From: Candidatus Thorarchaeota archaeon
Lineage (GTDB): Archaea; Asgardarchaeota; Thorarchaeia; Thorarchaeales; Thorarchaeaceae
DNA length: 12,590 bases
Assembly (NCBI GenBank): GCA_048882485.1
Contig: JBHLRP010000073.1
Span: 1 to 12,590, forward strand
Direction: 5' to 3'
The translations under genes and the position numbers were made by a program. Shown piece after piece: positions 6,385-12,590 of this stretch (position 1 is the first letter of the stretch; the number at the start of each line of letters is the position of its first letter). Below the pieces are notes generated by a model that did no database searches, was not told where the DNA came from, and saw nothing but the letters and a program-made list of their open reading frames with translations.

Positions 6385-9234
6385 TCACCTACTCTCTCGC
6401 TTTCTGAGTCCTACCCAAAGCATCACAACGATGACAATAGCTCCTACTCCCATGCCGATGATGAACGTCATCAGAGGATCAGGGTGTTCCGTTGGAACAA
6501 TCGCTGAGTTTGATGTTGTAGTCGTGGTGGTCGTAATTGTAGGAATAACCTCAACTAAAATTGCAGCCCATATTGTATTTCCATAGATATCATTGACGTA
6601 CACCCTTAATCCGTATATTCCAGGCTCAAGAATGCCTATAGTGCGAACTCGTCCAGTCCAATCGATTGTGAAGTGAACTGTGTCATCGACCCACCACTCC
6701 GCAATACCGGATAGGTCTGTTGCGTTGAAGTCACAGATAAAACGTGTACCATATACCAGTGTCTGATTCTCAGGCTGCTCACTCCATATTGGCGGCTTCG
6801 TGTCGACCACCGTCACAGTGAAGATTGTGCTGATGATATTGTTTGATGTATCATTCACCCAAACCTGCACAACATAGGTTCCCACCTGTAAGATTTCTAT
6901 TGCCATCATCAATCCACCCTTATCAACGGTGAAGTGCATGGTGTCATTAACCCACCAACTATCTAGCAATAGATCTGTGGCATTTAGGTCAAAGACGAAG
7001 TCGTTTCCATATTCAACAATCTGATCTTCAGGCACCTCAGTCCACACTGGTGATGTAGTGTCGACCACCGTTACTGTGAAGGTTCCATTGAGTGTGTTCC
7101 CCGATGTGTCATTCACCCACACCTGTATTCCATAGACACCTGGAGGCATGATTCCAGCAGTTGAAACTACTCCATCGGCATCAACAGCAAAATGCACGGT
7201 GTCGTTAAGCCACCACGTGTCTAGTAAGAAATCCGTTGCATTCAGCCTGATTACAAAGCTCTCTCCAACCTCAATAGTTTGGTTTCTGGGTGGCTCTATC
7301 CATTCAGGACGTGTAGTATCAATTACTGTCAGAGAGAAGACTTCCGATAATGTGTTACCTAGTGTATCATTGACAAAGACCTGTAGTCCGAACACTCCTA
7401 GAAAAAGGACTGTGTTATTTGCAATCCTTCCAATTTGGTCGATATCGAAATTCACTGTGTCATTCAGCCACCAAGTATCAAGGCCAGGTGGCGGTGCAGT
7501 TGCATTCAAGTCGTAGAGAAAATCGTCGCCAAGCTCTAGTAGCCTGTTGGCAGGAAGCTGCAACCAACTTGGAGGCGATCCAGGTGGTAGCATGAGAGGG
7601 TACAAGTCAACATTGCTGAGAAACGTGTAGGGAATATCTCCTACCCCATCCTGATTCGCGTCAGGGCCACTATAGTCTGACCAGTAGTTGTGGTCAAAGA
7701 CATTGCTAATTGCATTATCATAACCATTGAGGGGGGAGTTATATGCAAAGACGTTCCACCGAATGTAGTTGTTCGCAGTATCTGAAAAGAGAACGATGCC
7801 ATTGTCATTGCCGCTGAACGTGTTCTGAGTCAGGTTATTATTGTTGGCCATTGTGGCGTGAATGCCATAGTTATTACTTGTGCAAGTGTTGTTAATCATA
7901 GTGTTGTTGTTCGCATTCATAAGAAGTACTCCATAGTTGCTGTTGCTGCAGGTATTGTTCTCAACAGTGTTGAAGCTAGATGATTCAATAAAGATGTCAT
8001 GTTGGGAGGCACCCCTACAGGTGTTGTTGACTAGAAAGTTAGAATCGGACCACCGTAGATAGATGCCGTTGTTTCCACCGCCAGTAGAATTATTGTTGGC
8101 AATGATGTTAGAAGTGGATGAATCTAGATTGATGCCATCCCAGCTATTACTACGGCACAGATTGCCAGTCACATTGTTAGAATCTGAAAAAGAGATTGTT
8201 ATGCCATTACCATTGCTGGAGCATGTGTTGTTGGCGATAGTATTGGAAGTGGATGCATCCAGATAGATACCATAAGCATTGTTACTCGAGCAGATGTTGT
8301 CAGTCACATTATTGAAATTCGCGAAATATAGCCGAATCCCATCTTCATTGTCGTTACAGATGTTATTGATCACACTGTTGGAGTCGCCTTCTATGTAGAT
8401 ACCTAAGTTGCTACTAATGCAAGTGTTATTCGTCACTGTATTGGTGTTGGATCCTTGTATGTGGATGCCAAAGCTATTGCCAATACAGGTGTTGTTACTC
8501 ACAGTGTTGGATCCAGCCCCATCTACCCAGATTCCTAATGTGTTACCATTACAGGTATTATTAGTCACAATATTGAAACTTGATGAGAATAGTTCGATAC
8601 CATCGCTGTTGCCATTACAGGTGTTGTTGATTATTGTAATGGAGCTTGACATATCTATAGAGATGCCGCTAGTGTTGATGTTAGAGGTATTGTTGACTAA
8701 AGTGATTGAATCACTCATCTGCATTAAGATGCCTATAGTATTGTCAGTGCAGTTGTTGTTGTCTACAATATTAGAACTGGCTTCCAACAGATAGACACCA
8801 TAGCTGTTTCCTGTAATGGTATTATTGATGAGTGTACCATTACTGACATTGAACAAGTAGATTCCTGCGCCTATAGTGGCACCAGTGAGAATGCAGCTGC
8901 GGACTATGAAGTGCACCTGTGTGTTGCTGATAGAGATACAGTCTCCCACTATCCCGCCACGATCAATCTCCAGATTCTCAATAATGAACGGATTTCCTAC
9001 TGTGCCATTGCCAGCCCACCCCTCGGCAGACGCAGTCGAATTGAAGTTGCTGTCGCCATTAATACTGATTGGCCCATGAGGAGTGCCTGAACCAACTCTA
9101 ATTCCTTCTTCTGGTCCTGAACTAAGCGCCGTTGATTGATGAATCGTTCCACCAAGACTCGCAACAGACGCCATGGTCAATAAGAGGGTCACTAATGAGC
9201 CTAAGACCCAGCGAGTTCCAGTCTTTCCATGCAT
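6385..9234 (-). CDS. cell-surface protein: signal peptide, NosD-like right-handed parallel beta-helix, four Ig/cadherin-like repeats, Thr-rich linker, C-terminal TM anchor (949 aa)
   Basis: Hydrophobic leader and HGPISINGD cap. About 22-aa repeats GIxLxxSxxNxIxNNTCxxN, then NYWSDY..DANQDGVGDIPY. Four 86-88 aa repeats (PxW..P.NQ..E.G..F..DLNATD...WW.NDT..F..D..G...G.YG.QVWVNDT.GN), TTTTTT, a TM segment and RKRESR. Start moved to 9234 because GAGGAG lies 9 nt upstream. Confidence 0.85.
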   Translation of the reverse strand: MHGKTGTRWVLGSLVTLLLTMASVASLGGTIHQSTALSSGPEEGIRVGSGTPHGPISINGDSNFNSTASAEGWAGNGTVGNPFIIENLEIDRGGIVGDCISISNTQVHFIVRSCILTGATIGAGIYLFNVSNGTLINNTITGNSYGVYLLEASSNIVDNNNCTDNTIGILMQMSDSITLVNNTSNINTSGISIDMSSSITIINNTCNGNSDGIELFSSSFNIVTNNTCNGNTLGIWVDGAGSNTVSNNTCIGNSFGIHIQGSNTNTVTNNTCISSNLGIYIEGDSNSVINNICNDNEDGIRLYFANFNNVTDNICSSNNAYGIYLDASTSNTIANNTCSSNGNGITISFSDSNNVTGNLCRSNSWDGINLDSSTSNIIANNNSTGGGNNGIYLRWSDSNFLVNNTCRGASQHDIFIESSSFNTVENNTCSNSNYGVLLMNANNNTMINNTCTSNNYGIHATMANNNNLTQNTFSGNDNGIVLFSDTANNYIRWNVFAYNSPLNGYDNAISNVFDHNYWSDYSGPDANQDGVGDIPYTFLSNVDLYPLMLPPGSPPSWLQLPANRLLELGDDFLYDLNATAPPPGLDTWWLNDTVNFDIDQIGRIANNTVLFLGVFGLQVFVNDTLGNTLSEVFSLTVIDTTRPEWIEPPRNQTIEVGESFVIRLNATDFLLDTWWLNDTVHFAVDADGVVSTAGIMPPGVYGIQVWVNDTSGNTLNGTFTVTVVDTTSPVWTEVPEDQIVEYGNDFVFDLNATDLLLDSWWVNDTMHFTVDKGGLMMAIEILQVGTYVVQVWVNDTSNNIISTIFTVTVVDTKPPIWSEQPENQTLVYGTRFICDFNATDLSGIAEWWVDDTVHFTIDWTGRVRTIGILEPGIYGLRVYVNDIYGNTIWAAILVEVIPTITTTTTTTSNSAIVPTEHPDPLMTFIIGMGVGAIVIVVMLWVGLRKRESR
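6544..7575 (-). repeat. four tandem 86-88 aa extracellular beta-sandwich repeats
   Basis: Conserved Trp codons of the PxW motif at 7564-7566, 7300-7302, 7042-7044 and 6784-6786 (spacing 264, 258, 258 nt). Confidence 0.85.
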
Positions 9235-9406
9235 AGGTGATTTCTCCTCAGCCGCGATGGATGCGTTTGAGGGTTGTCCATGCGTGTCCAAATACCAGAA
9301 TTCAATGCAGCATTTCTTTCAGCGGTTTCCTTCGCAACTTCCTCAATATTTCGTCTTCTTCCACTTATTAATGAGCACTGAGGAAATCGCAACGCTGTTT
9401 CTGATT

Positions 9407-9428
9407 GATGAAGTGGCTACGGGTAGAT
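9407..9428 (+). repeat. intergenic direct repeat copy (GATGAAGTGGCTACGGGTAGAT)
   Basis: 18/22 identical to 11652-11673 without gaps. It lies between divergently transcribed genes. Confidence 0.6.
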
Positions 9429-9573
9429 GGCGGGCTTCGGAAATCTTATGTCGAAACCCGGCACATAGTTCTAGTTCAGAGTGTTGTCATAGCTATGGCA
9501 CAGCTTCAAAGCTCTCTGTTCGTCTGAGAATGCAGCGACTTCTTACGTTCCAACACTAGTAGGAGGAGAATAT

Positions 9574-11607
9574 GTGGGAAGAAACCAACTGACCGGCACC
9601 ATATTGATAGTGGTTATGATTGTGGGAGCTGGCTCTGTCCTTGCCTTCGCCACTCAGCCTACTAGACCACCAATTGACTCGTATGTATATGAGATGGAAC
9701 CATATAATGGGTACTTTATCGTGTCTATCGACCCTCACTATCATTATGGCGACGATGGAAGTATTGCAGTGATTGAACAGGTCTACGAAACCCTGTATAC
9801 CTATCCATGGGGAAGCGGCGAACGTGGAGACCATCCTGAGAGCACTCCAACCATACCACTCTTGGCTGCGGGTCCACCGACGATATCCGAGAACGGTACT
9901 GTCTACACTATAGAACTGAGGCAAGGCGTCACCTTCCATGATGGGACTCCATTTAATGCCAGCGCAGCAGTGTGGAACTTCAAGAGAGCCATGAAGATGG
10001 GTCTGCGTTATGCCGAACTGATCAAGGGTGGGACGGAAATGAAGGATGTTGCCCGGGCATACGGCTCGACTTCAGATGAGTTCAAGGATGTGTTTGAAGC
10101 CTGGGAAGCCACAGACGCAGTAGAGGCTAGCGGTACATATGAAATCACCTACAGACTGGAAGAAGCGGTCGCATTCTTCATTCCAGTAATGACCGACCCA
10201 ACTTTCTGCATGATGAGCCCTACCTTCACCGAGAAACATGCAGTGAATCATAGCGATTCATTCGGAGTAGAATATGGCGAGATATTCACCTACATGTGCA
10301 ACCACACTTGTGGGACTGGCCCCTACAAGGTGGTTGAGTTTAAGAGAAGTGAGCACGTCCGCATGACACTCAACCAGGACTACTGGAGAGCTGAAGCGAC
10401 TGAGGCTACGATTGCACCTCCACTCTATGCTGGCTCGATAAGGGAGATTTGGTTCAAGGCTAACGAAGACCAGACAAGCATGAACCTGAACCTCAAGAAT
10501 GGAGTCGCTGACGACACTTACTGGCCGTCATCGCATGCAGACGAGATCTATGACAGCGTCACACTTGGTAGCAAAGACCCTAACATCTTCTTCAGAACCG
10601 GTGGCGTGTCCTCTTACATGAGTGGTTTCCGGTTCCAGATGGGAATAATGAACTGGACTATCGGGTCGAACACCTTTGAGATTTACTCCCCATTCCACTG
10701 GAGAGGACTCAGGAAGGCCGTGGCGTATCTCCTCGACTACGATGCCTATATCCAATCGGTAACCAGTGGCTGGAACGTCAAGGCACAAGGACCGATTCCG
10801 GCCTGGATGCCTTACCATAACTCGAGTCATTGGACTGAGCATTATGAACCAGAGATTGCAGTCGGGTATTGGAATGACGCCATGCAAGATCCCGATTTCG
10901 TGGCTGTCATGAACGCAATCAGGGGCAAGATCCTACTCCCCTACCATGTCTTCCAGAACCCCCTAGAACTGATCTCGTTGCTGCTGAAGGACGGTTTCGA
11001 TGCCATGAAACTACTGCCTGAGATGAACACCACGGGATTGGACTACGAACCAATGATTACGCCTGCGCCCTCCTATATTGGCAGTCCTCGTGAAGAGCCG
11101 CTGCTACTGTCAGATCAATGGATTGCTAGGTACGCTGACCCTCATGACCTCGTATTCTACTACCTACACTCCAGTGGTTATTATGCGCCGTCGCAGGGCT
11201 ACAACAACAGTGTGATGGACGACTTGATCATGCAAGGCAGGGCTGAAGCCGACCCAGTTGTCAGACAAGGCATCTACAACCAAATTCAGGAACTAGCTGC
11301 CTACGCCCAACCATTCCTGGGGCTGTACTCCCCCAAGGAGTTCACCACGTTCGGAGCATGGCTGAAGGGCATTGGCATGAGATACCAGCCAATGTCCTCG
11401 TACTACTACATCTACCACGTGTACAAGGATTATACGACAACGGACACGACGACCACACCCGGAGATCAGACCACAACGGGCACAACAACCTTCACATCGC
11501 CAGAGCTTCCCGACATCGGCTCACTAGTGCCTATCTACTTTCTAGCAGGACTCGGATGGGCAGTGGTGGTTGTTATTCTCATTGCATTTCTAAAGTGGGA
11601 ATCTTGA
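9574..11607 (+). CDS. ABC transporter substrate-binding protein, family 5 (peptide/nickel type), with N-terminal TM, Thr-rich linker and C-terminal TM (677 aa)
   Basis: IDP, VYETL, PLLA, YTIELRQGVTFHDGTPFNA, GTGPYKV, LRKAVAYLLDY, WIARYADP, YNNSVMDDLI and RQGIYNQIQ motifs of SBP_bac_5. SD AGGAGG at 9561-9566 and a GTG start. Confidence 0.9.
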   Translation: MGRNQLTGTILIVVMIVGAGSVLAFATQPTRPPIDSYVYEMEPYNGYFIVSIDPHYHYGDDGSIAVIEQVYETLYTYPWGSGERGDHPESTPTIPLLAAGPPTISENGTVYTIELRQGVTFHDGTPFNASAAVWNFKRAMKMGLRYAELIKGGTEMKDVARAYGSTSDEFKDVFEAWEATDAVEASGTYEITYRLEEAVAFFIPVMTDPTFCMMSPTFTEKHAVNHSDSFGVEYGEIFTYMCNHTCGTGPYKVVEFKRSEHVRMTLNQDYWRAEATEATIAPPLYAGSIREIWFKANEDQTSMNLNLKNGVADDTYWPSSHADEIYDSVTLGSKDPNIFFRTGGVSSYMSGFRFQMGIMNWTIGSNTFEIYSPFHWRGLRKAVAYLLDYDAYIQSVTSGWNVKAQGPIPAWMPYHNSSHWTEHYEPEIAVGYWNDAMQDPDFVAVMNAIRGKILLPYHVFQNPLELISLLLKDGFDAMKLLPEMNTTGLDYEPMITPAPSYIGSPREEPLLLSDQWIARYADPHDLVFYYLHSSGYYAPSQGYNNSVMDDLIMQGRAEADPVVRQGIYNQIQELAAYAQPFLGLYSPKEFTTFGAWLKGIGMRYQPMSSYYYIYHVYKDYTTTDTTTTPGDQTTTGTTTFTSPELPDIGSLVPIYFLAGLGWAVVVVILIAFLKWES

Positions 11608-11649
11608 GTACAAAGTACTGGAGCAATCTGAAATGCTGGAGAGGGTTTT

Positions 11650-11673
11650 GAGAAGAAGTGGTAGCGGGTAGAT
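11650..11673 (+). repeat. best-preserved intergenic direct repeat copy; minus strand ATCTACCCGCTACCACTTCTTCTC, tRNA-iMet 3'-end-like
   Basis: Reference copy of the repeat. The minus strand contains CCCGCTACCA followed by a pyrimidine tract. Confidence 0.8.
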
Positions 11674-11729
11674 TGCAAAAGCGTTTAACGGAAGACTTAA
11701 CTCAAATACCTCTAAAATACGGATTTGAC

Positions 11730-11747
11730 CTATTAGATATCTAATAG
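11730..11747. promoter_or_regulatory. perfect 18-bp palindrome CTATTAGATATCTAATAG, putative operator
   Basis: CTATTAGAT/ATCTAATAG are exact reverse complements. The site is about 110 nt upstream of the second SBP gene. Confidence 0.6.
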
Positions 11748-11856
11748 TCTAGAGCTCCACCTGTCATCGGAGAACGGAAGCCCGTCACCCACTTTGTTCT
11801 GTGAAGTCCTAGGTCAGTAGAAACTAGGAGATTGGTAGCCAAGAGGGAGGAGAATA

Positions 11857-12590
11857 ATGGGAAGAAATCAAATGATTTCCATAGTAATGATTGTAATCGT
11901 GATTATGGGAGTTGGGGTTGCCTTCTTCTTCATGCCTCAGCAGACCAGACCCGCTCCTGATGTGTATGTCTATGAAACGATAGACAATCCCCTCCATTTC
12001 GACCCACACATTGCCTACGACAGAGGGAGTGGTGAGATAATTGATCAATGCTACGAAACGCTCTATACCTACCCGTGGGGAAGTGGCGAACGTGGGGGCT
12101 ATCCTTTAGTTGAACCGACCGTACCACTCTTGGCCGCAGGTCCGCCGACCATAACCGAGAACGGCACCGTCTATACGATAGAACTCAGGCAGGGCATCAC
12201 GTTTGCGGACGGGACTCCATTCAATGCCAGTGCAGCAGTGTGGAACTTCAAACGAGCCATGAAATTGCACCGCCTCATTGACTATACTATCGCCGAACCG
12301 ATAAAGGGTGGACTGGCAGTGGTAGCCGCTATTAGTTCCGGCCCGACCTCACCTGAGTTCATCGCTGCGTTCGAGACTTGGGACGCTACAGACGCAGTAG
12401 AAGCGACCAGCACCTACGAGGTCACCTACAGACTGGAAAAAGCGGCTGCATACTTCATACCAGCAATGACCTACAACGTTGGCTGCATGATTAGCCCCAC
12501 ATTTGCGGAGAAGCATGCATCGACTCCTGGAGCCAAATACGGAGTGGACTACGGCGAGAAGTTCACCTACATGTACAACCACACTTGCGG
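11857..12590 (+). CDS. second family-5 ABC substrate-binding protein, paralogue of 9574..11607 (partial, runs off window)
   Basis: GGAGG at 11846-11850 and ATG at 11857. Translates MGRNQMISIVMIVIVIMGVGVAFFFMPQQTRPAPDVYVYETIDNPLHFDPHIAYDRGSGEIIDQCYETLYTYPWGSGERG...ELRQGITFADGTPFNASAAVWNFKRAM..., open to the end. Absent from the ORF track because it has no stop codon in the window. Confidence 0.9.
   Translation, partial: MGRNQMISIVMIVIVIMGVGVAFFFMPQQTRPAPDVYVYETIDNPLHFDPHIAYDRGSGEIIDQCYETLYTYPWGSGERGGYPLVEPTVPLLAAGPPTITENGTVYTIELRQGITFADGTPFNASAAVWNFKRAMKLHRLIDYTIAEPIKGGLAVVAAISSGPTSPEFIAAFETWDATDAVEATSTYEVTYRLEKAAAYFIPAMTYNVGCMISPTFAEKHASTPGAKYGVDYGEKFTYMYNHTC

Noticed and set aside
7740-8960. 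Lower GC of the beta-helix region as a sign of foreign origin; nosD gene call
   Set aside because: The Asn/Ile-rich repeat composition explains the AT richness. There is no nosZ/nosFY context, so the fold name does not imply N2O reductase maturation.
430-11673. CRISPR array or classical integron attC interpretation of the repeats
   Set aside because: Spacing is kilobases and irregular, with whole genes between copies. There are no cas genes, no RYYYAAC...GTTRRRY boxes and no intI in the window.
11640-11740. Complete tRNA gene on the minus strand
   Set aside because: Only the CCCGCTACCA end matches. No 5' acceptor strand, D arm or anticodon arm can be folded.
9780-12270. Diversity-generating retroelement TR/VR pair between SBP paralogues
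   Set aside because: Differences are mostly synonymous and involve all bases rather than being adenine-specific. Both copies are coding and there is no reverse transcriptase.
516-12582. The many alternative-frame and antisense ORFs in the track (e.g. 516..782, 1196..1549, 2625..3062, 4633..5073, 8408..8794, 9173..9559, 9556..9939, 11824..12048, 12349..12582)
   Set aside because: They overlap well-supported genes, lack recognisable motifs, and their periodicity mirrors the repeats of the real gene on the other strand.

Overview
Archaeal-type accessory region, probably Asgard (Thorarchaeia-like). This is inferred from the protein styles and GGAGG/GGAGTGA ribosome-binding sites, not from a marker gene. 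It holds functionally unrelated genes in mixed orientations: the probable 5' end of an M14-like peptidase, two small membrane proteins, a TIGR04076-family protein, a 1053-aa STAND-type NTPase-TPR protein with no N-terminal effector, a cysteine-synthase-family PLP enzyme with non-canonical motifs, a membrane metal-dependent hydrolase, a large beta-helix/Ig-like surface protein, and two tandem family-5 ABC substrate-binding paralogues (the second runs off the window and is missing from the ORF track). The most striking non-coding signal is a short direct repeat, GAGAAGAAGTGGTAGCGGGTA-like, found in most intergenic gaps and always in the same orientation whatever the direction of the flanking genes. 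Its reverse complement (CCCGCTACCA + CTTCTTCTC) matches the 3' end of archaeal initiator tRNA-Met followed by a pyrimidine tract. This suggests a tRNA-anchored array of gene cassettes built by serial integration. No integrase or complete tRNA lies in the window, so this remains a hypothesis.
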